From Laetmonice hystrix (Eukaryota), in the NCBI GenBank assembly GCA_965235115.1, contig OZ249436.1, positions 55,306,001-55,370,000 of the forward strand: a stretch of 64,000 nucleotides of DNA. Reading direction: 5' to 3'. The position numbers and the translations under genes are program-made. This document shows, in pieces, positions 14,412-26,055 of this stretch; positions within the stretch are counted from its first letter, which is position 1, and each line of letters begins with the position of its first letter. The notes beneath the pieces were generated by a model. That model had not been told where the DNA came from and made no database searches. It saw only the letters and a list, made by a program, of their open reading frames with translations.

Positions 14412-17400
14412 ATGGAGGCACACTTGGCTGACGGTACTCCTTGTAAAAGTGACGCCGAAAGCGACATTCACTCCGTGAACAAGCGATCCGACCATCCAGA
14501 ATGGAGCATTCAGGCTAAGTTTCTGCGAACCCTGCTACTGGCCATCGGCTATATGGGCTTGGTAAGATATACAGTACATTATTAAATGTAGTCTGATCCT
14601 TTCATCTACTGGGAGGCAGTGTGTAGCCGTAGGTAAAAAATGAAAATTTTTAGCTCCGTGTTCAAGAAAGATTGCGCTTGCCGTCCCGTCCATGCATTCC
14701 AGGACGGCCATCAACTAATGGCATTGGCGCTCTTTCAACAGCCGATTCGTCAAATATCTTACTAGTTCTTTAATTCTGGCTACCATGCACAGCTAATAAC
14801 AATTTGCTGTGTAAATGCATGCTAATTTCAATTTTGAAATATCGAGCGGGAAACGGCAAGCAATGTCGGCGCAATTGTTCCCCCATCACCGGGAGGGATA
14901 GAGGGTAGCGTTCCCCCATCACCGGGAGGGATAGAGGGTAGCGATCGCGTGGAAACGGATTCGGAAATATTCGTAGTCTACATGTATAACTGCGTAAAGA
15001 AACTGGGCGGAAAATAGAATCTTGGATGTTGCTACACTGTTAATTTAATCTGACATTTAATCTCACTGGGCTGCGACAGCTCGCAACTAGTTGGAGACAG
15101 GAAATTGCGAGAAAATACGCAAATTACCGACAATTTTCACTTGGAATCACACTGCGTATGTAGCCTGGTCCCCAGGTCTATAATGACTACGTATATTGAG
15201 CCTGGTGAAGGCTATAATCGAAGCGAGCATTGTGATTGGCCCATCGAAAACATGGACTCTAACGAGGTAGTTCCGTACCCTCCGTATTTCTCTAACAAGA
15301 TACAGATATTTTCGTCAATCCTTTAAAATACAAGTGTTAAATGTCCACTCTGTTAACGCTGACCATCGGAACGGAAGCGGAAGTGCTTGGAGTTTAATCA
15401 CTTCCGTTTCGCAGCTTTCCGTTACCTGGCCTAACATAGCGGATGCGTATGGTAGGCACAGGGGACCAGGCTAACTGCGTATGTGGCGTATTGCGACATT
15501 CGTACGGCATGCGCACGTTTTGTCTCCAATCAGTCACAATTTAGTTTCATAGGTCACCAACCCCTCACAAAGCTGTCTCACATTTCTCGCAGTTCCTGAC
15601 TTACGGAAACAAAATTGAGAAGGGTTCGAGACGGGTTCGAGACACCCACAACGACTCTGCGACTACTTTTAATCGCTAGGCGATTCCATTGCGATCACGT
15701 TGAGATTTCACGTTCCCACGGTCGCATCGCATAGTGTAGCAGGCTCCGTCGCCCATCGCAAGGCCGTCGCAAACTCGTTGGCAGTCGTTGCGACCGTGGG
15801 AACGTGCAATCGTAAAGAATGAACATGTTCATTCTTTGCGACGACGGTTGCAGCTGAATCGCACCGTTTTCCTGCTTGCTACAAGTGTAGTCATCGCCGT
15901 CGCTCGTCGCAATGACATGTCCGCTGGATCAACCAACCAGAAGTCGCTATACTTGTCATGTGATTATTTAAAGCTGGTGCTACACGAGGCGACGCAACAA
16001 GCGATTTGCTTGCAACAACCCATCGCAACCGGGGGGGATGCCGGTCGCTTGTCTCTCGCTCGTTGCATCGGTAATGCTGCTACACAACCAATATTCGTAC
16101 AAATAATCACATGACAAGTAGGCCTATAGCGACTTCTGGTTGGTTGATCCAGCGGACACGTCATTGCGACGAGCGACGGCGATGGCTACACTTGTAGCAA
16201 GCAGGAAAACGGTGCGATTCAGCTGCAACCGTCGTCGCAAAGAATGAACATGTTCATTCTTTGCGATTTCACGTTCCCACGGGCGCAACGAGTTTGCGAC
16301 GGCCTTGCGACGGGCGACGGAGCCTGCTACACTGTGCGATGCGACCGTGGGAACGCGAAATCTCAACGTCATCGCAATGGAATCGCCGAGTGTAGCGCCA
16401 GCTACGGGAACATTTGTCGCACGAAATTTTTGAACACGTTCAAAATTCCAGCGACACGAGTGCGAGGCCCTGCGACTCTCGCGAGGGAATTGGAAACCCC
16501 CGCGAACTTTTCGCAACATTTTGGAAACTCCGTCGCGAATGCCGTTTGCAATTTGTCGCCAACAGTCGCAGCCCGGTGAGATACTGGCTTTAGCAATTGT
16601 TTAAAGTACCACGGACATTTTGATTGGTTGCAGGGAGTAACCCACACACTCCCAGGTCCAAGTCTCATTGACCTTGAGATCCGAACAGGATCCAGCACGA
16701 AGGACATGTCGTTTATGTTTCTGCTGAGGCCGATCGGTGGATTACTGGGATCTTTAGCCGGTGGTTTCCTGTATGACGTCTTCAACACTGACCTAGTTGT
16801 GGCCATTGCCCTTGCATGCTCGGCGGTGTGCATTACGATCGCCCCCTGGTGGATGATTCTGGCCGCCATGTCCGTTACTGTGGGATTTACAGGAATGTTT
16901 TTAGGATTATTGAATATTGGTAAATATGTGACAACTACTCTGAGACGTTTTCTCTTTCAAAGTTTTTTTTGCAGAGAAATAATGTATTAGTTAGGCATAT
17001 ATCTATATCTGTGCTATTTGTCAGTTTTTTCAAACTTGAAGAAATATAATTTTGCCTTGCAAATATGCCCATACAAGCGCCAAATAGGCTACTAGTAGTA
17101 GGCCTATGGGCCTACAAACTGGGGTGGGTAATAATGCCCCCCCCCCCTAACAAAAAGAAATATGACAATATTGAGAGGGATCAAAATGCCTGAGTGCTTG
17201 AGCCCAATTCCGAAATACAAACAGATGGCCTGCTGAATCCTTCAAAATTCATCAGGCTAAGTCAATAAAACTATTTTCATAATGGTAGAACATATTAATC
17301 TTTGTGTACGGGAAGTTTGATAATGGTTTATTGCGAAAGTTATGAAATACGGCTCTTTGAATACATCGACTCAGCCCCTGTCTGAGTGGTCTGGGGCGGC

Positions 17401-20400
17401 CGAGGTGAACGGCGGCCTAGATCAATGTCTGAGTGGCCTGAGGCGGCCAAGGTCAACGGCAGCCTAGATCAATGAGGCGGCCAAGGTCAACGGCAGCCTA
17501 GATCAATGTACACCGATAAGTTACACAGAACCTCCCAGACTGACGCATGGACCTTATCTTTTACAACAATAGGTCAACACGTCTAAAAATTGTGTCATTT
17601 TTAAAATTGCATGTCAAAAATTGTAATGCCGGACGTTTTAACCCATTTATCTGAAATTTGTACCACATGCCCCATTTAACCAAATGATATCATGTGCCAA
17701 ATATGACATTGATAAAATTATAAAAGTTATAGTCAAGAAAAGAGTGTTCTAGTTTTTTAGGGCCCACCCGATATATGGCCTAGTTGATTAAACTTTGGAC
17801 TCATTGATACCCAGACAACCCCTCTTAGAGTCTACTAGACTCAAGAGAATCTCTTGATTAGGACCCATAGGTCGGCACTTAAGTTGGTACGCACCTTGGA
17901 AGAAAAAAAATGGGTAGGAAGTGCATTGCTCATGCTTAAGTGTATTATCAAAATTAAACTTCAAACTTTATCATTTCTGATGAGGGAATTACTGTAAGTC
18001 TTGTATATTTCGCGTGTGTTTCAATTTCGTTTAAAAAACGAAATTATGAAATGCCAAAATATTTAAAGTCTTGCCAATGAAGTCATCCTGTGACAGATGG
18101 AATGCCTTGTAGCCAAAGAGAGTGCTGCCCAGAGGTGAACGGTTGAGTAGCCCTGACGTCAATGACTGTTCATTTAACACATTGTTTCACTTTTTGAAGG
18201 CGGTGCCATTGTTACATCGTAAATCTAAGAAACGCGAAATCAGCCAAAAATGAAAAAAAATCGAAATTTTAAGGGAAATGTGATGTGAGTGTTTGAATGA
18301 ACAAAAAAAATCACATGTCACCGAAAAAAAAATGTCATTTTTTTTAATACAAGCTTGCCTCAGTAAAGAATGGGTTTTTACTATAGATTTCAATGGGAAA
18401 AACGGTATTTTTCAGACATTTTGACTAATAGTTAAAAAAGGACCACTGATTTTCTCCTGAAACTCGGTGACAAGATAAAGTGGATCAGGACTAATAGTTT
18501 AAAAAAAAAGTCAAAAAAAGTTACAGCCTGCCAGACAGCCAGTGCCTTGGTAAAACACGGGTCTAAACTTAAGCCTGGGTCCCACTAGGGCCTGCGATTC
18601 CCTGCGATGAGTTCAGTCGTGCGACTAGGGCTGGTCGTGGGTAGTCGTCCATATTTTTTGCGATTTGAATGTACCGGTCACATTGTAAGACCTGTCGTGA
18701 GACCTGTAGAAGGCCTGTTACGACTGATAGCACCACTAATCGCCCGACTTCGGCACGATTACCCAGGACCACGTACGAGTGATAAGGCCCTGTTGCACAA
18801 CTGGCTACGACCTCCTGGGACTGCTCGTGGGACTGAGAGAGACTGCCCGCGACCGCAGGGTGCACTGTGGAGCATGGCTGCAACCGAGGTGGATGCTGAC
18901 ATGCCTGCAGACCGAGGCCCCTATACCCCGCTGATTAGGTTTGGCCAGTGGCAGGAACAGCGCAGGACAACTCACAGGTAGTCATACGACTTGTCCTCCA
19001 GTTGCACGACTTGTCTTCCAATCAGGTCTGGTCGCACGACAGGTCGTGCCAGTGGTTGGGGGACAGTCGTGCGGTTGTCCTACGACAACAGTTTCCTACG
19101 ACAATGAAGGACCACCAGAGATTTGTCCCCAAACCATCGCACGACCATCGCACGACAACTGACGACTAGATTGCGACAGACTGAGACTACTTCAGTCGCA
19201 GGGAGGTTGTTGCACATGATCAACAACCTCCCGGCGATGGATTTTGGTCGTGCGATTATGGAGAATTATGGAGGACTACCCACGACCACCCAGGACTTGT
19301 GGCATGACTTTTATAAGATTTTATAAGATTGCCTGGGATTTATAGTCGCAGCCTACCCTGTTGTAAGTTGTCGTATCTACTAGTGGGACCTAGGCTTTAG
19401 CATTCAATGGAGTAGACAGGTTCTGGCACAACGTTTTAGTTTATGGTTTAAATAATACTACTGATTTCCACATCAAACTAGTTGACTGCATAAATAAGCC
19501 AAACATTTTTCTGTTAAAGCTCACTACGCGGCGCTTTGAATACTCCCATTTCCCCAGTGGTACTAACGCGACTCACTAGGTGGCGCTTTGAACACTCACA
19601 TTCCGCTTTAATCACACGAAATGAAAGTGACTTATAGTATGTTGTTCTACCTAAATTAAATGTCTCATGGGTAGGCCTTGTTTTTTGCGGACTCAAAGGA
19701 TTTACAAAGTTCTCTAATTTTTCGTATTATGATAAACACTCCTACCAAGCCCCCCCCCCCCCCACCAAGTTACAAATCCCTCCATCCACACACACATAAA
19801 GAAGAAGACTTAAAGGGGCTCATTAGGTCTAAACCCACAAAAGTGGATTTTCCAGAGTACTAATTATTTAAAGGTAGTTTAGACACATTAAAAACTATTG
19901 GCACTGTCGTAGAGACGGATAAGCAGCGATTTCCACGAGATTTTCACCGCTTCTTAATTGTCTCAAAGGGCCTACTCACTGAAGGCACGTGCCGTGTGTT
20001 TCCTGACGTGATACCTAGACTTACACCGCACGCATGCACATGTGTGTCAGCCACTTTTGTTGATTTTGACATAAAGACTGCCTTTAACTATCTAAGGTAC
20101 AAAAAAGGCTCATAAACCTGTAAGCTGGTTCTCAGCCCCCTTGCTTGGTGACTTTGTGGTCGACGCGAGTCGGAGCTGGTACTGTCTACTGAGAGGTTGG
20201 CTGTCATTGGTCTCACTCCCATCTTTGATTGCTCGCATCTTATTGGCTTATCTAAAAATAGTTTGAGGATGTTCTATAGTCTGTGATGGCCACTCACATG
20301 ATTTCTTCTGCCAAATTTAGAGCTTCTTTAATTGTTACTGGACAGTTTGGTGAAAAAGTAAAACCACTATTACCTTTGAAATTTGCCGTAAGTAGTTGTA

Positions 20401-22103
20401 AAGATTTTAACTGCATGATAAATTATTTGAGGCAAAAGCAACCTGAGACTGTCTTTGCCAGTGAGCGTCGGTAGCGCTCCATGGCCTCTCCCGGGGCCCT
20501 GCGCCCATGTACACGTGTGTTAGAACATTGGCTAAACTAGGCAGAGTTATTAAAAACCATGTTCCTTGCTTTAGAACATATGAGCCTTTGTGTGTGGTAA
20601 GTTTGGTAACGATTCGTAGCACAGTGTATCAAAAATTGCGAGTTGAAAATGATTGTGTAACTGAGTGACAGCGACACACGCATTTTGCGTCTCTTTACTC
20701 CTTCGAATTTCAAAGGAGTCGCCGCACCAGTTTTCAGTAGAACTTTTCTGACGGGATTCTGGCGTTGGGAATCCCGGAATTACCTACGTCATTACAAATC
20801 ACAGACCCCGACGAATTTACGGCCAGAGCCTACAAAGATGGCGGCCGTTGCCAGCCCCTACTAGCGTCGACCACAGAGCCACCAAGCAAGTGAGCTGGGA
20901 ACCAGCTTAATAAACCTTCCTTTCCACAATTTCAAGGTTCAAATCCTCTAGACTTCCCTGCGTATCATCTATTAACACTTTCTTGTCTCCTGCTTTCTCT
21001 TAATTTTGATGTCCCCAGGTGTGCTTTACTCCTGCGTGAGAATCTGGAGGAAACACCACCCGACCGTCTTGCTGCTCCTGGCGTTTCTCAAGTCCTGCAG
21101 TACAATAGCTGTGCCACCGATTGTACGAACGCTACTCCTACCATCATCACCACCTAACATGACCCGCAATCTCTCAAGGCCACTCGTAGATGAAGTGACG
21201 ACTGGGCGATATGACCCATTGAACAAACCAGCGACTCCTACATTCGCTCCAAGTGATGTCCGTGTGCAGTATGCTTTCTTAATTCCAGGATTGGCATTTA
21301 CAATCTGCTCTTTCTTTCACTTCGGAATGGTAATCATTAATGGATGTCATCTTAGGCTTATCTTACCGCGAACAGCCCCTGAAGGACCCAAAGATATACC
21401 AACGACCAACCCGTACTCACGAGGCAAGGTCATCCTGCTCTTATCTTTCTTTGCCGTCCTGAGTGGTGCAGTTGGCGCAACCGAAGAGCTTCAAGAGTTA
21501 TTTCTATTAAGCTTCGCCGTTAAAGAACTCAGATGGACTAAGAGCGACGCAGCAATACTCAACACTGTAATGTTAATCGCAAAGTGTTTAAGCCAATTGG
21601 TCTTCAGCTTTGTGTCCCGTTGGTTAAGGCCTTCCACCATAACCCTCATTCTGACAGTAGTACTCGTGGCGCCCTCTGTGGCTCTGTCTACCCCGGCCCA
21701 CAGAAATGATGTCGTGTTGTGGATCAGTATCATAACCGCCGCCGCCGCATTGGGAGCTCTGGTATTCAGTGCGCTCTCCTGGCTGAATTTCACCTTTAAC
21801 AAGACAGGCAAACTGATATCATTCTACTTTCTCTCCTTGTATGGGAGCCGTGCTATTTTCAGTTCGAGTGTTGGAGCCTTGTTTGACCTGAAGGGACCAA
21901 TGTGGGTGTGGTATATCTCCACCATCCTGGCGGTGATGGCGGCGATCGCCTCAGTAGGAATCAGTGTTTTGACCACTGAACCGTGTTCTTCCAAAGTAAC
22001 AGAAGAGGAAACGGAAATGGGGAAATTAAACGAGGAACCGCCATCGAAGGAGCGCCCCATTGAAAACAATGGACCTACGCCCAATCCTTATCAAGCTAAT
22101 TAA
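14412..22103 (+). CDS. MFSD4: MFS transporter, MFSD4 family (sodium-dependent glucose transporter 1-like); coding exons 14412-14561, 16634-16919, 21019-22103; 506 aa
   Basis: GT-AG introns in consistent phase (0, 1) and a 1521-nt CDS. The N-terminal pattern ...GYMGLG...LPGPSLIDL...GGLLGSLAGGFLYD, ...IAPW...GLLNIG...RIW matches MFSD4-family proteins, and there are about 12 hydrophobic segments. The assignment is family-level only. Confidence 0.85.
14877..14942. repeat. Perfect 33-bp tandem duplication
   Basis: gttcccccatcaccgggagggatagagggtagc x2. Confidence 0.9.
15161..15473. mobile_element. MITE with TAG termini and a 10-bp TSD (AcademH-like non-autonomous element)
   Basis: Perfect 13-bp TIR TAGCCTGGTCCCC/GGGGACCAGGCTA, flanked on both sides by ACTGCGTATG (15151-15160 and 15474-15483). 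The family is inferred from termini and TSD length. Confidence 0.8.
15679..16387. repeat. Long inverted repeat (~290-bp arms 15679-15969 and 16101-16387), MITE-derived, in MFSD4 intron 1
   Basis: The arms are reverse complements with scattered mismatches. Each contains the perfect palindrome AAAGAATGAACATGTTCATTCTTT. Confidence 0.9.
17378..17508. repeat. Short tandem repeat, 3 copies of a core gaggcggccaaggtcaacggcagcctagatcaatg
   Basis: Read directly. Confidence 0.8.
18572..19396. mobile_element. PIF/Harbinger-like MITE
   Basis: TIR AGCCTGGGTCCCACTAG / CTAGTGGGACCTAGGCT (1 mismatch) with a TTA TSD on both sides (18569-18571, 19397-19399). The interior is rich in cgac/gtcg motifs. Confidence 0.8.
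20121..20909. mobile_element. MITE with ~50-bp imperfect TIRs and a 9-bp TSD (AcademH- or MULE-like)
   Basis: TAAGCTGGTT(C/T)CAGC..CTTGCTTGGTG..TGTGGTCGACGC at both ends in inverted orientation. Flanks are ATAAACCTG / ATAAACCTT (1 mismatch). Confidence 0.7.
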
Positions 22104-22644
22104 CTCGAAAACGATGAGTTCAGTGATTATTATGAGATAATTAATATCTAAGATCAGTCATCAGTGACACATCCAATCTATGGTATCATTTTGGTCCTAC
22201 AGCTCTCCCCCTCGTCTTGAAGCCTATTGAAATTCACACAGGAAGGTCCAGGCCTTGAGAAAAACACAGAGTTATGGATATGTAAAGGAGAGCAGATTAA
22301 TACGTGGAACTAGATGGGCTGCAGATAGACAGCAAAGAAGGACCATAATAACACCAAATTCATTCTTTCACACAAGGTCCAGTAAAAATGAAGCCTGTTG
22401 TTCAAGATATTTTGTTGGTGTACGACTTGGCCCAGGGCTAACCAAATTGTGCTATTAGTTTGCTCCCATGGGATTAATTCTAATGATATTTCGAGACAAT
22501 CTGCCCAAGAATTCCTTGTATAATGTTGAAAGAAAGTTCTGTTATTCCCAATATTTGTGGAGAAATAGGTTCGACTGGTGAATCTGACCCATCGCATGCT
22601 CCGGACAGAGATCGTTCCCTTCGTTCAATCTCTGCCACACATTG

Positions 22645-22866
22645 GGTGGGTGGGTGGGTGTTTGGGGTTTTACGCCTTGCAACAGCGAGGGTCATATCAC
22701 GGCGGTGAAGATGATGATGATGTGGGATGATGATGATGATGATGATGATGATGAAAGTTAGCTTTTCTTGGTGGAGGAAACCGGAGTACCCGGAGGAAAC
22801 CACCGGCCTTCGGGAAGGAACTGACTGACAAACCTTTCACACATGCAGCCCAGGACAGGGATCGAT
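22645..22866 (-). mobile_element. SINE, 5'-truncated, with a V/Meta-type core and an internal (CAT)n tract
   Basis: The minus strand reads TCGATCCC (B-box remnant) ... GGTTTCCTCCGGGTACTCCGGTTTCCTCCACCA (conserved metazoan SINE core) ... GGCGTAAAACCCCAAAC and an (ACCC)n tail. A related tail fragment sits at about 33300-33335. Confidence 0.7.
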
Positions 22867-23655
22867 GTATATGAAATAGTTGACACAAACGCTTTGAATT
22901 TTAAATATACCATACAGGACAGTCGACTTTGCAAAAACAGGGGCCCGATTTTGCCCGTAAAAAGGTATGTGTGGCAGAAGGGTAAGTGAAGCAAGCCCCT
23001 CTGCATGATGGGAGATTGGACCCATCGGTCAATGCGTCAAATCCATCAATCGCGCCTATGCTAAAACTATGAATAATTAAACCTTCCATGTTGGCGCATC
23101 TGTGGTACTATCCACTAAATAATCCTGTGAAATTTCACTTTCTTCTTTACGGTGTATAAGCAACACTACCAAGGTTTACATTTCTACGATGGGCAGCTCT
23201 CAAACTGCTACATATGCTACCTATCGTTGCTCCTCTGATATATATAATGGCATGCTCGTGCAAACTGCCAGTGTCAAAGGTGTCCATCATCATCCCAACT
23301 TGTAGGCCGGCCTCACATCACCAATCATATAATATTCCTATAAAACACATCCACATTGTATATAGGCTGTATACATGTAATATAGGGCGAGATATGGGCA
23401 TGTTGTCCCGATGCGACGATCATTAGGGAGGGATGCATACATATGTGTGTCACACCCTAATACATGTTATATAGCAGCGCAATCCGACCATATTTGGAGT
23501 AAAGGGCTTGAATTATGACCCGATATATCATACGGGCGGCCTTATTTGAGCTCGACAGAAACAACTTTGTTTAATATACCGGATATTTTCCGACTCCTTT
23601 CCTGGCTTGGAGATAGTTCAAAGGCTCGTTCTTTTTCCAAATAATCATCCCAAGT

Positions 23656-26003
23656 ATGCCGAAGGTCGACGACGTGGATCAGGCTCTTTTAGGTCCTAAA
23701 CGGTTTGGAAAATGGAGAATATTAAGTTACATCTTAATATGCCTCGGTGTGAATATTCCAGGGACATGGCACATGCTCTCCATAGTCTTTATAGGTGAGT
23801 GTCGCTTTATATGATCAGTTGATAACAATATAACGTGGTTGTATATCGTGATATTTTACTTTAACCAAACTTCCTATCGCGTTAATATGTCGTATCGATA
23901 TCACAAATCCTTTCAAAATCCATTATTACGATCGACCTGCTGGGAAGGGAGGCTTGATGACAGGAACTTCTTTCCGTCCTAATTCCTGGTGCGTTTTACG
24001 CGTCATTCCTTTATTTAAATGGGTTTCTAAGGATGGAACCCATTTTCAGAATTAGGAATTGATGAGAAGGAAATAAATGGAAGTTTGACAGTCGTACTTT
24101 ATTCCGAATATAGCACCAGTGTGATTTAAAGACACACTTATCATGTGAGTTTTATTAGAAATGGGTCAACGTACAAAGTTTACTTGTAATGTCAAGGCAT
24201 CCATGAACGCTAAAATAGCGTTGGAATCTATTATCTATAGGTCCTCTATACTGTCACCATGGAGAACAGCCAATCCTTGACTTTCAACGTTTGTTTTGCG
24301 AAATGTCCCTTGAACCCTTTACCAATTTTATCACAACATTCTGTAGATTTGTAAATTCCATCAGGATTTGCTCCAACTTGTACTCCAGGCGCTGAACCCG
24401 TAGATTACCACTGCCAGATTCCTAACGTGGACAGGATCCATGACTACATACCATACGACGAGCGAGACGAGCACCGTATATCACGGTGTAAAATGTATGT
24501 GGTCCAGGGCAGTGGAACACCGTCTGTGAACGAAACAACTCCCTGTACAGACGGGTGGTCGTACTACGGGGATACCGGCGACACCATCGTCACCGATGTC
24601 AGTAAACAGTTGACTCGCTCCCTTTTCGGCCTCGAAAAATACAGCGGAATTGCTTGTGTGGATGGGTGTGTGTGTGGGGGGGGTGGGGGGTGGGGTGGGG
24701 AGGGGGCAGGGGGGTCCGTAAAGGGTCCAGTAAGAGAATTATTGCATATAAAATGTACCGGCCTCCCTCCAGGATATATAGAAAGTCTGTTTTGAGGTAT
24801 ATCTGTTTACTTTTGTCAACATCTATACCAGATATAAAATAAAATACAGATAGCCCTACTAAATATTATTTAGATCTAGGCCTAGTGGATATTGCATGTC
24901 GGGTAGGGCAGCGGTGAATGCTACATAATCACAATAGACTCGAGGCGCATGAAGCACGAGAGCGTGAAAGACGAATGCAATATCTATGTTGAACAATGCT
25001 GGAAATCTACGTTATGTTAGGCCCTTAGGCCTATATTATTAGCATTTACTGTAAACATTTGCGGTTCTAGCCTAAGGTAGGCTAATGATGCTATGTTAAT
25101 GGCTACCAGACAGCATACAGATAAGATATTATGTTTAATTCTATATGACAGTGGGATCTGGTGTGCGATCAGAACTACCTGATGGAGACCTCACAGATGA
25201 TGTTTGGTGTTGGAGTGATGGTTGGTGCACTGGTCTTCCCGTCCATCGCTGACCACGTCGGCCGCAAACCGGTGTTCATCGCCTGCCAGATGGGTATGGT
25301 CGCTTCCGGTGTGGCGCTCGCTCTCAGTGAAAACATCCAAACCTTTACTACCGTTCGCTTCATCATGGGCGCAATGAGAGAGGTACTTAAAGGCTCAGGG
25401 AAATAACAAATCTTTTTCTTATAAATTTGGGCCTAAATGATACCGTATGCTATTCGAATGGGTGCAGTAATCTTGAGGCCGGGGTTCAATTCCAGTAGAA
25501 GACTATACAACTTTTCTCTGTCCGCACATTCTGAAAAGTAACTGGGCTACGCCTGATGCCCCTGCATTTCTAAAAAATCACACATGTACACGCACCCACC
25601 CCATTTTTAAAACGGCAACTTCCCACTTGTACAAACCTTTACTACCGTTCGCTTCATCATGGGCGCAATGAGAGAGGTACTTAAAGGCTCAGGGAAATAA
25701 CAAATCTTTTTCTTATAAATTTGGGCCTAAATGATACCGTATGCTATTCGAATGGGTGCAGTAATCTTGAGGCCGGGGTTCAATTCCAGTAGAAGACTAT
25801 ACAACTTTTCTCTGTCCGCACATTCTGAAAAGTAACTGGGCTACGCCTGATGCCCCTGCATTTCTAAAAAATCACACATGTACACGCACCCACCCCATTT
25901 TTAAAACGGCAACTTCCCACTTGTACATCCCTTTGTTAGTTACTTCGACTCTCCGGTCCTTCTAGGCAATTCTTCTTACTATTCCCTCTCTTTCCTCTCG
26001 CTG

Positions 26004-26055
<52 letters not shown>

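Noticed and set aside
18569..19326. Cluster of overlapping ORFs
   Set aside because: They lie within a GC-rich MITE and show no recognisable protein features.
19872..20083. Kolobok-like MITE flanked by TTAA (a similar candidate lies at about 48829-50036)
   Set aside because: The TIR match is too short and imperfect to be confident.
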